A stretch of DNA of 64,000 bases from Rickettsiales bacterium (ex Bugula neritina AB1). Lineage in GTDB: Bacteria > Pseudomonadota > Alphaproteobacteria > CAJXXZ01 > UBA1459. The stretch is from contig MDLE01000007.1 in the NCBI GenBank assembly GCA_001730065.1, forward strand, positions 4,435 through 68,434. The letters run 5' to 3'. Below the pieces are notes generated by a model, which did no database searches, was not told the DNA's origin, and saw nothing but the letters and a program-made list of their open reading frames with translations. The stretch's first letter is position 1; each line of letters opens with the position of its first letter. Of the stretch, positions 47,401 through 57,165 are shown one piece after another. Made by a program: the position numbers and the translations under genes.

Positions 47401-50400
47401 GTTTTAAAAAATAAAATAGATTTTGAGGTAAAAAAGCTTAATAATACTATTTATATTTTAATGGATTTTTTAAGAGAAAAGGTATTTAGTCTTTTAAAAA
47501 ACAATGAGATACAAGAGAGTATTGGTGGTATAGAAAAAAAACAAAAAATAACTGATAACCATTTTAGTAAATTTAAACTTTTACAGCTAGAACAATTATT
47601 TCGTATTAAAATACTTGATAAGTCTTTACAAAGTAGAATTATTAAGATTATAGAAGAAATAGAAAAACAAATTAAAGAACAAAAAACTGAACATAAAAAA
47701 ACATTAGAGGCAATAAAAACTGAGTATAAATTTCCTGATGAAAGTACTACAAAGATTATAAAAGTTTATATTTCTCATAAAAACACAATAGAATCTGGTA
47801 ATAAATTATGTTCTCGTTATGGTAATAAAGGTGTTGTTTCTCGTGTTTTAAATAAAGTAGATATGCCTTATTTAGAAGATGGTACAATTATAGATATTGT
47901 ATTTAATCCTTTAGGTATATTAGCTCGTATGAACTTAGGGCAAATTTTTGAAACTACTATGAATTTATGTTTAGAAAAAATACGTAAAAATATTTCTAAT
48001 AAATTAAAGAAGTTTTTAAAAAACAATAGTGATGAAAATTTACAACAATTACAGGATGCTATGATAGATGGTATTGGTGAAGAAGATGTAAATAAGTTTT
48101 TTATGAATACAAATGAATACATTAGTATTTTTCAACTAAACATTAATGAAATAATTGCATTAGCAACAAAACTATCGGAAGGTATTTTTTGTTTAATGCC
48201 TCCTTTTGAAAGTATTTCTTTTGAGGAAATAAAAAATTTATTAAAGAAATATGAACTACCAGAAGATGGTAAGTTACCTGTATATGATGGACAAACAGGG
48301 GAATTAATTAAAAATACACTGTTAGTAGGTCGTCAATTTGTTTTAAAACTTACTCATGTAGTTGTATCAAAAATGCACGCTCGTTCTATAGGACCTTATT
48401 TAGAACAAACACAACAACCTTCTTGTGGTAAAAAGAAAACAGGTGGGCAAAAAATAGGTGAAATGGAGAATTGGAGTATTGCCGCTCATGGTGCTGCTCA
48501 TATCTTATATGAAAACAATGTTAAATCTGATAATATAAAAAAACGTCAAGAATATTTTCGAAAACTATCTTCTCAAGGTATAGTATTAACTACTTCTGAG
48601 TATATAAAAAAAGAAATCAAAAATTACTTTATTAATAGTGATACAGAAGAATATAAATATACGGAACCATGTTTTGATGTCGTAAAAGAAATGTTTTATG
48701 CTTGTGGTTTTAAAGTTGTCAATTCATGGGTACGTGAAAGTAATATTATTGGTGAAAAACCTTTAGATTTTACAAGTCTAGTTGATATTTTAGATAATCA
48801 AGAAGAAGTAGATGAATTAGTGGTGGAAGAAATAGATGCAAAAAATAAAATGTTATATTATGTGAATAATAAAATTCCTTCTTATCGTAGATCTATTAAA
48901 TTTGTATTATTGAATCCAAATGATATATTAAAAAGTTGTCATGGGGAAGTAAAAAAAACGGAAACTATAAATTATAGATCTAACAATCCAGAAATAGGAG
49001 GTTTATTTTGTCCTCAAATCTTTGGTCCACATGTTAGTTATCAGTGTTTATGTGGTCGTTATAATCAAAGCAGGTATGTTAATTTAAAGTGTGAAAAATG
49101 TGGTGTAACAGTATTACATGAAACGGAACGTAGAAAAAGACGTGGATATGTTAAATTAAACCATGAAATTTTTCACCCCTTTTATTTAAAACCTAATAAT
49201 AATAAAATTTGTATATTATTAGATATTAACTTTACGGAATTAAAACAACTAAAGAATCTTGAGTCTTATATTGTTTTTGATGGAAAAGATACAAAATATA
49301 AATATCTTGATATAATATCTCGTGATGAATATCTTGAATTAAAAAAAAGTCATAATATTACTGCTAAAACAGGTGCAAAAGCCGTAAAAGAAATTTTTGA
49401 AAGTATGAATTTAGAAATAGAACAAGAAAAAATTCAAGAACAAATTAATAATATATCTTCACAGACTTCAAAAGATACTTTATATAAAAAACTATCATTA
49501 ATAAAAACTATGATACATAATAAAATACGTCCTGAATGGATGATTTTAGAATATCTTGTTATATTACCTTGTGGATTAAGAAAGTTTGTAGAAATTGCTC
49601 CAAATGAATATGCTTGTCCAGATATTAATACTTTATATAAAGAAATTATTGGTAAAAATAATCGTTTAAAAATTTTTCAAGAAATTGAAGCTACTATTGC
49701 TATACATGATAACGAAGTACGTATGTTACAAACGGCTATAGAAGAATTATTTAATAAGCATGAAAAATATAAATCTTTATTGGATTTTTTACAGGGTAAA
49801 TATGGTTTATTACGTCAAAACCTTTTAGGTAAACGTGTAGATTATTCAGGTCGTTCTGTTATAGTAGTAGCACCTAATGCAGGAATTGATGAATGTTATA
49901 TTCCTCGTGAAATGTTAATTGTTTTGTTAAAGCCACATATGCATTTTATGTTACAAAAACGTGGTATTACAAGTAATTGGAATGAAGCGCAAAAAATACT
50001 TGAAGATATACAAAATCCAAAAATTTGGGATATATTGATAGATTTAGTGGAAGAGTATGTACCTTATTATATATTAAATCGCGCACCAAGTTTGCATAAA
50101 TTAAGTATGTTAGCCTTTAAAATAAAAGTATGGGACAAAAGAACTATAGGTTTAAACCCTTTAGTTTGTAAAGGTTTTAACGCGGATTTTGATGGTGATC
50201 AAATGGCTATACACGTACCTTTATCTATAGAAGCGCAATTAGAAGCTAAAGAATTAATGATTGCTTCTAAAAATATTTATTCAAACACAAATGGTGATTT
50301 AATGATATTACCTTCTCAAGATATTTCTTTTGGTTTGTATTTATTAACAAAAAATAATGAAAAAATTAAAAGTAACTTTGTTAAATTCTTTAACATTTGG

Positions 50401-52830
50401 GAAATACATCATGCTTTAAATAAAAAAATAATAGATATACAAGATACAATTTTATTTTATTATGAACAAAAATTTATAGAAACTACTGCAGGACGTGTTA
50501 TATTATGGCAGTATATTCCAAAACACCCTAAGATTAAATTTTCATTTATAAATAAAAATATAACAAATAAATTTGTACAAGAAATCCTTAAATTAGTACG
50601 TAGATATGTTAGCGATAAAGCAACTTTACAATTAGCATGTGATATAAAAGATTTAGGTTTTAAATATGTAGAGTATTTTGGTGTATCTTTTAGTATTGAA
50701 GATTTTGTAGAATTAGAAGAAATAAATACTATAAAAAATGAAGGTGATCATAAACAAAAAGAATATGATGATTATTATAAAGCTGGTTTGATGGATGAAA
50801 AAACTCGTGAAAAAAAGATTACAGAACATTGGTTGCAGTTGTCGCAAACTAGTAAAGAACATTTATTAAAAATAGTTAATAATAATTCTAACAACCCTGT
50901 GTTTGCTTCTATTAATTCAGGAGCAAGAGGTTCTATAATTCAATTATTGCAAATAGTAGCTTTTAAAGGTTTTGTTACAAAATTAGATGGTAGTTTATCA
51001 AGTTTCCCTATTACAAGAAATTATAAAGAAGGATTATTTGGATATCAAGTCTTTGCTTCCTCAACGGGAGCTATTGTTTCTGGATCTACAATTTCTATTA
51101 AAACATCCACTGCAGGATATTTTACAAGAAAATTAATTGAAATTTCTCATGCAGTTACGGTTACAAATCATGATTGTAATACAAAAGAATCCTTAGAAGT
51201 AAAAAATAAAATAAGTAGTGGTGGTATTATATCTACTATTTACGAACAAATTCTTGGTAGAGTAATTGCAGAAGATTTAATAAATCCTAATAATAATGAG
51301 TTATTAATAAAACGTAATCACTTAGTAACGGATGATGATATTGATTTACTACAATCTATTGGTATTGTTTCCTGTAAAATAAGATCACCAACATTATGTA
51401 AGTCTCGTACGGGTGTATGTAGATTATGTTATGGAACTGATTTATCCACAAATAATTTAGTAAATGAAGGAACAGCTGTAGGTATTATAGCTAGTCAATC
51501 TATTGGTGAACCAGGTACACAGTTAACAATGCATGCTAAACACTTTGGTGGAGTATCCCAAAAAGAGTTAATGACAACAAAAATTTATGCATCTTTTAAC
51601 GGAGTATTAGAATTTGTACGTATTAAAACCGTAAAAATTGATAAAGAAAATGTTGTATTTAGTCGTGGTGGAAAAATACGTATTTTAAATAATTTAAATG
51701 TACAAGTAGCAGAATATTCTATACCTTATGGTACTACATTAAAACATAAGAATAATAATAAAATTACAAAAGGTGAATTAATAGCAGAATGGGATATATT
51801 TCAACCTATTTTTGCGGAAGTGGAAGGTATTTGTAGATATCAAAATCTTATAGATAAAATTACCTATGATGTGATATATGATGAAGTATCAGGAATAACG
51901 GAAAAAATTGTAAGATTAGGGGAAAATAGAAAATATACAATTATTCCTGCATTAGTTATTTATGATAAGAGTGGTAAAGAAGTAAATAAATACATATTAG
52001 AAGAAAATACAGTAATAGAAGTAGAAGACGGAGAAGAAGTTTCAGAAACAACAAGAATTGCTAAAGTACAAAATAAAATTTATGATAATGTTAGTATAAC
52101 GGAAGGTTTACCAAAAGTTATCTGTTTGTTTGAAAATAGATCACCATCTATTAATGCATTAATTGCTTCACACTCAGGTACTGTAGATATTATAAAAAAT
52201 AATAAAAATAGAACTATTATAAAAATTACGAATAATAAAACTGATGAAGTATCAGAATATACATTAGGTAAACATAATCGTACAATTGTTCAAAATCGTG
52301 AAGAGGTAGATAAAGGGGATATATTAACTACTGGTACGCCATTATTAAATGACATGTTAAATGTTAAAGGTTTAAAAGGATTTATTGAATATTTTATTAA
52401 TGAAGTAAATGGTATTTATAATGCACATGGAATAAAAATTAATTATAAACATTTTGAAATTATTTTATCAAAACTTATATCTAAAGTAGAAATTATTGAC
52501 ACAGGTGATTCTAATATATTTACTAAAGGTGACATAGCAGATATAGGAGATGTAGAAGAAATGAATTTATCTTTAAATAATCCTATAAAATACAAACACG
52601 TATTTATGGGGCTTACAAATATGGCTTTAAAAAATAAATCATTATTAGCAAGTGTGTCTTTCCAAGAAACAACTCGTGTGATGGCAAATAGCTTATCCAC
52701 ATATGTTATGGGATCTACTGTTGGTTTTAAGGAAGATTTAATGTTAGGAAAAATACCTAATTTAGGTACTGGTGCAGTTGTAAAAAAAATTTTTGATATA
52801 GTTGTAGAAAATCTAAATAAATTAAAATAG
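44401..52830 (+). CDS. rpoBC: Fused RNA polymerase beta-beta' subunit (single 2809-aa ORF)
   Basis: Beta motifs (SQLCQFADQNNPLS, NMAKQALP, GNKGVVSRV, GGQKIGEMENW) run without a stop into beta' motifs (Zn CLCGRYN...CEKCG, YSGRSVIVV, NRAPSLHKLSM, catalytic NADFDGDQMAIH, GEPGTQLTM). The linker is at about 48715-48900. Confidence 0.95.
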   Translation: MQNKNKLKSMSRTLKREIVRRVFARKEWSLQELPGVLDFQLDSFKKFIDKELNNKISLHNLFKESFPIVDLNNRIKIEYIDYKLQDSIFSPQECRNRGATYVKKIFLKLRIIGEVSSSPMKNNNEELDEEENNITSEKNSSTKQVFKEDWFYTGNLPLMTDTCNFIINGNEKYVVSQLKRCPGPFFCKGIDVTSNTHDYFIKLIPLIGSWIEFIIDKNDTIVVKIDKKKKILFSTFLMCFENPEDTNASLFDKESILSNFYKNCSLKFTDDYEYLKLPNKLEFFLGKSFNCDIWNSTKKKILFPAKVIISEEEFYKNEKDSFVAPISILKDCISASYIVNNTTGEIYTEAGDSFSEKVIIDKVFKTEKIKEVSILLIGNQREDMFVLNTIQKDNHCNRPEALNNWGRVFKYSEYLNFDGLVKYFKDNYESNKFYDLSKIGRYRLNQKILSIKKYKNIFGDFDDCEESSSTFLRTQDIIRMVQSLILLYKGYFKEDDMDDYTNRRVRPVGELFNYCIKIGIDKLKKKFNSKYIILTEENLKNLDFFNIRSILYTLLDFLNTSQLCQFADQNNPLSKISHSRKLSNFGPGGILKDRVPDSLRSISHTQIGRVCAIETPEGQKIGLVTFLSSHAKIDDNGFLMAPYYSVKNGIADTSKVVYLTAFEEEEKVIAEKIFFHYDKNHQLVIKDNDIYARKGNVYTYFSKDQINFVEVSPLQFVSLSVALIVFLSHNDSYRILMSGNMAKQALPLLVGKAPNIATGFEKKIAESSKEIITAHTAGVVRMVDSRRIVVESLDPISQLPKIDIYELSKYTRTNQDTCSNQKPIVQIGDNISVGSILADGYGTYKGELALGNDFTVLYRSCADCFEDAILVNSSTIENDSFTSINVIELECIAKDTRFGVEEISRDLQYFGNTDLSHLDEFGIVTVGTNVRPGMILVGKITPRSEGNTDLQHKLLQVIFADKSSNYKDTSLRVPPAIYGTVTRVEIFTRSGVEFDGSALTVLKNKIDFEVKKLNNTIYILMDFLREKVFSLLKNNEIQESIGGIEKKQKITDNHFSKFKLLQLEQLFRIKILDKSLQSRIIKIIEEIEKQIKEQKTEHKKTLEAIKTEYKFPDESTTKIIKVYISHKNTIESGNKLCSRYGNKGVVSRVLNKVDMPYLEDGTIIDIVFNPLGILARMNLGQIFETTMNLCLEKIRKNISNKLKKFLKNNSDENLQQLQDAMIDGIGEEDVNKFFMNTNEYISIFQLNINEIIALATKLSEGIFCLMPPFESISFEEIKNLLKKYELPEDGKLPVYDGQTGELIKNTLLVGRQFVLKLTHVVVSKMHARSIGPYLEQTQQPSCGKKKTGGQKIGEMENWSIAAHGAAHILYENNVKSDNIKKRQEYFRKLSSQGIVLTTSEYIKKEIKNYFINSDTEEYKYTEPCFDVVKEMFYACGFKVVNSWVRESNIIGEKPLDFTSLVDILDNQEEVDELVVEEIDAKNKMLYYVNNKIPSYRRSIKFVLLNPNDILKSCHGEVKKTETINYRSNNPEIGGLFCPQIFGPHVSYQCLCGRYNQSRYVNLKCEKCGVTVLHETERRKRRGYVKLNHEIFHPFYLKPNNNKICILLDINFTELKQLKNLESYIVFDGKDTKYKYLDIISRDEYLELKKSHNITAKTGAKAVKEIFESMNLEIEQEKIQEQINNISSQTSKDTLYKKLSLIKTMIHNKIRPEWMILEYLVILPCGLRKFVEIAPNEYACPDINTLYKEIIGKNNRLKIFQEIEATIAIHDNEVRMLQTAIEELFNKHEKYKSLLDFLQGKYGLLRQNLLGKRVDYSGRSVIVVAPNAGIDECYIPREMLIVLLKPHMHFMLQKRGITSNWNEAQKILEDIQNPKIWDILIDLVEEYVPYYILNRAPSLHKLSMLAFKIKVWDKRTIGLNPLVCKGFNADFDGDQMAIHVPLSIEAQLEAKELMIASKNIYSNTNGDLMILPSQDISFGLYLLTKNNEKIKSNFVKFFNIWEIHHALNKKIIDIQDTILFYYEQKFIETTAGRVILWQYIPKHPKIKFSFINKNITNKFVQEILKLVRRYVSDKATLQLACDIKDLGFKYVEYFGVSFSIEDFVELEEINTIKNEGDHKQKEYDDYYKAGLMDEKTREKKITEHWLQLSQTSKEHLLKIVNNNSNNPVFASINSGARGSIIQLLQIVAFKGFVTKLDGSLSSFPITRNYKEGLFGYQVFASSTGAIVSGSTISIKTSTAGYFTRKLIEISHAVTVTNHDCNTKESLEVKNKISSGGIISTIYEQILGRVIAEDLINPNNNELLIKRNHLVTDDDIDLLQSIGIVSCKIRSPTLCKSRTGVCRLCYGTDLSTNNLVNEGTAVGIIASQSIGEPGTQLTMHAKHFGGVSQKELMTTKIYASFNGVLEFVRIKTVKIDKENVVFSRGGKIRILNNLNVQVAEYSIPYGTTLKHKNNNKITKGELIAEWDIFQPIFAEVEGICRYQNLIDKITYDVIYDEVSGITEKIVRLGENRKYTIIPALVIYDKSGKEVNKYILEENTVIEVEDGEEVSETTRIAKVQNKIYDNVSITEGLPKVICLFENRSPSINALIASHSGTVDIIKNNKNRTIIKITNNKTDEVSEYTLGKHNRTIVQNREEVDKGDILTTGTPLLNDMLNVKGLKGFIEYFINEVNGIYNAHGIKINYKHFEIILSKLISKVEIIDTGDSNIFTKGDIADIGDVEEMNLSLNNPIKYKHVFMGLTNMALKNKSLLASVSFQETTRVMANSLSTYVMGSTVGFKEDLMLGKIPNLGTGAVVKKIFDIVVENLNKLK

Positions 52831-52832
52831 TT

Positions 52833-55220
52833 TTAGATTTTAGTAATATTAGAAAATTTGTTATATTTCCTTAAATTTATTTTTTTCTTTATTTTTTTTA
52901 TAAAACTAATAACATAAAGAATAATCTTTTTAAGATTGATACCAATTGTTATCATAATAATAATAATTAAAATTCTCAAAATGGATCTTTTAATTTTTGT
53001 TATTTTATAGATATCATTTACTTGGTTTTGAAGATTTGTGATTTCCTGTAAATCTTTTTCATATACTTCGTTAAATATATCTTGTTGTTTTTTTGCATTT
53101 TGAAATTTTTTTTCTAATTGTTCTTGTTTTTTTTCATTTGTAAAAACATCTTTTTCAATATACAAGTTGTCTAAAAATTCATCCATACTTTGATGTTCAT
53201 CACTATCTATAAATCCATTAATATTTTTCATCATATCTGAGGATGAATACTGTGTAAGTGCATTAAATATAAACTCCTGTAATTTTTTATTTTCTTCATT
53301 TTTTAAAATATTTAAAAACTCCAACTTTGCTTGATCGTTAGATAACATGATATATGTTCTTGTAAAAAAAATACTTATTATTAAAGAATTTGAAAATATA
53401 TACTTTTCTTCTTTTCGTATATAATTAATAAATTCTTTGAAAATATTAATTATAAATTTATCATAATTACAAAAAAGTATTTTATCATTCTTTTTAGTAT
53501 TATCAATATATTGAGAAAAATTATTAGATTCTTCAAAAAAAATTATGTTTATAATATCAAATAAAACATTATGATAACTATGATACAGTGTATTTTTTTC
53601 ATCATTTTTTTTTTTTAAATCATTTAAAAAATTTTTTAAATATTCATTTTCGGATTTTTCTATCAAATGTCTAATAAAATGAGAAAAAACTATTTCAAAG
53701 TAATAATTATAATATTTTTTATTATTATCAAGTTTAAATTCTGAAATCAAAGCATACAAAATATTTATTCCATTATTATTATTAATATTGATATTATTCG
53801 TTCTAATTATAAGAAAAAGATTTTTAAATTTATTATTATAATAATTATTTATACAGTTTTTCATTTTAGTTATAAATTTCATTATAGGTTTCTTTAAAAA
53901 CCATCGAAATATAAAAATCCAATTAATAATAAAATTAATAAAATTCAAAAATTTAATCACAGCTTTGGGAAGTATATAGTATATAATTTTATTAAATAAA
54001 TTACCAATATGAAAAAATAATTCATAAAACATTTTACCAATCCCGTTATAAAATGCTGTTATTCTTTTGTCATTATATAGACAAAAGAATTTAATTATAT
54101 TTTCTATTAATACTGGTAATACTTTTTTTGTTATTTTGAATATACTAATTAATATACTGTATATAAAGATTCTTATAAAGATCATTATAGTAATTGGAAT
54201 CATATAATCAAGAATATAATCAGGAATATAATCAGAAATAGAATTATAATACATAGAAAAATAATCAATATAAATATTATTTATAATATTACTCATATCA
54301 TATTTATTAACTATATTAACTATATTATTTATATTATTAATTAGTGTAAGAGTTAGTGTAAGAAATAATATCAAAGATAATAAAAGATAAAATACTTCCA
54401 ATGATTCATAAAATCTAATTTTTAGAATTGTATTATTGACTTCGTCTTCTAGATTATCCATATATATACAAATACAATTGAATAAAAATAGATTAAAAAT
54501 ATTTATATTATCCACATCATTATCTTCTTCATTATCCAAATCATTATCTTGTTTTTTTTTTGTTTCTTTTTGTTTCATATTTTCTTTATTAAAATAAAAC
54601 AAAAATAAATTTTTTAATATTTTTATATTTTTCCATATTTCATAATAATTTTCTGAATGTTGTATCTCACTTAGAAAAGATAAAAAAATGAATTTTATTT
54701 TATTAACATCTATATCATTATAAAAATAATATATATAATCATCTCTACAATCATAATTTATCAAATCTTTAGTAAAGATATTCATTAAGGGATTATTAAT
54801 TAAATAAAAAAGCATAATATTTCTATTATAATTTTGTGTTTTATTAAATATTTTCTCACATAAAGATATAATATATATCATATCATCTTGATTTATAAAA
54901 TTCATATCAATGATATTTTGAGTTGTATAAATAATATTATTCTCTGTAGTCCCATCTTCTTTATAAGGTTCTTTATATTTAAAAGTAATATTGTCAATAA
55001 AAATCTCTATATTTTCTTTGTTTATAATAAAATTTTCTATTAATTGAAAAATATCATCTTTCTTACCATAAAAATTTTTTAAATTATAAAGAAATTCTTG
55101 TAGGAATAATAGTTTCTTTTCTTCTGGTATTTTTGTTGTATAAAGTTCTTCAATATTTTTTTTTAATAAATTTCCATTAACATTGATAAAAAAAATGAAT
55201 AAATAAAATGATAATACCAT
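52833..55220 (-). CDS. Large orphan membrane protein (795 aa), signal-like N-terminus, central cluster of TM helices, C-terminal TM helix
   Basis: Uninterrupted 2.4-kb ORF. N-terminus MVLSFYLFIFFINVNG, hydrophobic block at about aa 270-460, coiled-coil-like K/E/Q region, C-terminal ILRILIIIIMITIGI. No known domain recognised. Confidence 0.45.
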   Translation of the reverse strand: MVLSFYLFIFFINVNGNLLKKNIEELYTTKIPEEKKLLFLQEFLYNLKNFYGKKDDIFQLIENFIINKENIEIFIDNITFKYKEPYKEDGTTENNIIYTTQNIIDMNFINQDDMIYIISLCEKIFNKTQNYNRNIMLFYLINNPLMNIFTKDLINYDCRDDYIYYFYNDIDVNKIKFIFLSFLSEIQHSENYYEIWKNIKILKNLFLFYFNKENMKQKETKKKQDNDLDNEEDNDVDNINIFNLFLFNCICIYMDNLEDEVNNTILKIRFYESLEVFYLLLSLILFLTLTLTLINNINNIVNIVNKYDMSNIINNIYIDYFSMYYNSISDYIPDYILDYMIPITIMIFIRIFIYSILISIFKITKKVLPVLIENIIKFFCLYNDKRITAFYNGIGKMFYELFFHIGNLFNKIIYYILPKAVIKFLNFINFIINWIFIFRWFLKKPIMKFITKMKNCINNYYNNKFKNLFLIIRTNNININNNNGINILYALISEFKLDNNKKYYNYYFEIVFSHFIRHLIEKSENEYLKNFLNDLKKKNDEKNTLYHSYHNVLFDIINIIFFEESNNFSQYIDNTKKNDKILFCNYDKFIINIFKEFINYIRKEEKYIFSNSLIISIFFTRTYIMLSNDQAKLEFLNILKNEENKKLQEFIFNALTQYSSSDMMKNINGFIDSDEHQSMDEFLDNLYIEKDVFTNEKKQEQLEKKFQNAKKQQDIFNEVYEKDLQEITNLQNQVNDIYKITKIKRSILRILIIIIMITIGINLKKIILYVISFIKKIKKKINLRKYNKFSNITKI

Positions 55221-55264
55221 ACGAATAATATTATCATAATAATTTTTTTAAAATATAAAATGAA

Positions 55265-55777
55265 TTAATTTTTTTTTTTAGGAGAAAGAATTGCATATAT
55301 TTCTCTATCTACATGTGTAGGAGGTTTTTCTAAATTACATTCTAAAATTACAAATTGTATAAGTTTGTTTAGAGTTTCTATACCATTTTCAGGTTTAATA
55401 TTTTCACGACCTTTTAAACGTATGGATACTTGTACTTTAGAACCTTCTTCTATAAATTGTAAAATTTTTTTTGATTTTACTTTTAAATCCGCTTCACCAA
55501 TATTCAAAGTAATTTTGATAAATTTTAAAATATTTGTTTTGTTATTTTTACTTTTATTTTTATTTTTTTTGTCTAGATCATATTTATATTGACCAAAATG
55601 ACATATTTTACAGGTAGGTATATCCTCATAAGATAATTGTACTAAATCTAAATCTTTATCATAAGCTAAATTTAAAGCTTCCCTTAAACTCATAACACCT
55701 AACATTTGTCCTAAATCATCAATTACACGTACATTAGCATGTTGAATACTATTATTATGCCTTATGTTATTTTTCAC
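55265..55777 (-). CDS. infC: Translation initiation factor IF-3
   Basis: ANVRVIDDLGQMLGVMSLREALNLAYDKDLDLVQLS, then the C-domain. The start codon is GTG (55775-55777), overlapping the upstream ORF's TGA (GTGA). Confidence 0.9.
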   Translation of the reverse strand: MKNNIRHNNSIQHANVRVIDDLGQMLGVMSLREALNLAYDKDLDLVQLSYEDIPTCKICHFGQYKYDLDKKNKNKSKNNKTNILKFIKITLNIGEADLKVKSKKILQFIEEGSKVQVSIRLKGRENIKPENGIETLNKLIQFVILECNLEKPPTHVDREIYAILSPKKKN

Positions 55778-56475
55778 TTTTTTCCCTTGTTTTTTACAAC
55801 ATTATTAATTTTTTTAGAATTATAAGAAAAAACTTCCACACCCGACAAAAACTTTCTATTGAAAATATGAGGGTAATGGTGAAAATTTTTGTACAATACA
55901 TCTAACATTTGTATATTTTTTTCTGCTGTTATCATTATTAAATATATTATTAATCCAAAAGGAGAACTTTGTAGTTTTCTTTCCATATAAAATTTTTTCA
56001 TTAAATCGAATTCTTTTTTTTTCCCTAAAAGAAAAATTACCTTTAAAAAAAATATTTCTATACTATAATTCATATTATCTATATAATCTGTATTATTCAT
56101 ATACTGAGATTTATAAGATATTTTTTTATCTATATATGATAATAATTCTTTTACATCTTTTATGTTTTTCATCATTAATAACAAAGCAATTTGTGATTCA
56201 TCATTTGTGTTTTCAAGAGTACTTTCAATTAATTCATTAATTTTTTCATAAGATACATTTTTGTTTTTTTTGGCATTATGGATTTTAATAATTTCTGATG
56301 TTATTTTTATTTTTTGTTGTTTATTCAAATATATTCTAATAAAAATAAATGTAAAAATTGATGTAAATAATGTTAAAAAAAATAATATAATTTTCCAATA
56401 TTTATTTAAAATTTCAAGAAAATTTTCATCAGCAGTTTTGATAAAACCTAAATCTTTATCCTTAAATTCTTTCAT
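55774..56475 (-). CDS. Hypothetical N-terminally anchored membrane protein (single TM, helical ectodomain)
   Basis: A TM helix (IILFFLTLFTSIFTFIFI) follows about 25 polar residues. The architecture recalls YfgM-like proteins, but no motif support was found. Confidence 0.35.
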   Translation of the reverse strand: MKEFKDKDLGFIKTADENFLEILNKYWKIILFFLTLFTSIFTFIFIRIYLNKQQKIKITSEIIKIHNAKKNKNVSYEKINELIESTLENTNDESQIALLLMMKNIKDVKELLSYIDKKISYKSQYMNNTDYIDNMNYSIEIFFLKVIFLLGKKKEFDLMKKFYMERKLQSSPFGLIIYLIMITAEKNIQMLDVLYKNFHHYPHIFNRKFLSGVEVFSYNSKKINNVVKNKGKK

Positions 56476-56542
56476 TCTATAAATTAATTATACATCTTTT
56501 TTTATAATTCCAATAGGAAACATAGAAAATTTCATATATATT

Positions 56543-57106
56543 ATGTTATTATTTACATTAAATATGAATTACAATAATCAAGAATTAATAGCTTTTCAAA
56601 AACATGATAAATATGATAAAAATATTTATGTTCCTGGTATTTTATATGGTTCAAATATAAAAAATAATCTTCAAATTTTAATTAATAAAAAAGAAATAAA
56701 TAAATTTTTAATCTTAAATAAGAAGAAGTTTATGTCATTTTTAGTATTCCTAAATGTAGGTGAAAAAAAATACAAAACTATTATCAAAGAAGTACAGTGG
56801 AATAAAGTTACAATGGATCCAATACATATTGATTTTTTTTCCCTTGATAATAATGATGTTAAAGTAAAAGTAGAAATAGTTTTTAATAATATTTTACAAA
56901 ACATTGGTGTTAAAAAAGGTGGAAAAATTAAAATTATAAAAAAATGGATTATGATAAAATGTAATTGTAATAATATTCCTGAAAAAATTGAAATAGATGT
57001 ATTAAATATGGATATAGGTACAAAAATTGATACAGATTATTTATCAAAAATGTATCCAAATATTCAATTTCCATCAAACACTCCTTTATTACAAATAAAA
57101 AATTAA
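56543..57106 (+). CDS. rplY: Ribosomal protein bL25 (Ctc form)
   Basis: YVPGILYGSN motif in the N-terminal domain plus a C-terminal Ctc-type domain. Confidence 0.7.
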   Translation: MLLFTLNMNYNNQELIAFQKHDKYDKNIYVPGILYGSNIKNNLQILINKKEINKFLILNKKKFMSFLVFLNVGEKKYKTIIKEVQWNKVTMDPIHIDFFSLDNNDVKVKVEIVFNNILQNIGVKKGGKIKIIKKWIMIKCNCNNIPEKIEIDVLNMDIGTKIDTDYLSKMYPNIQFPSNTPLLQIKN

Positions 57107-57165
57107 ATATATATTTTAAAAAAAACATTAAAATTTAAATATTGTTTTGTGCTACAATTTAAAAG

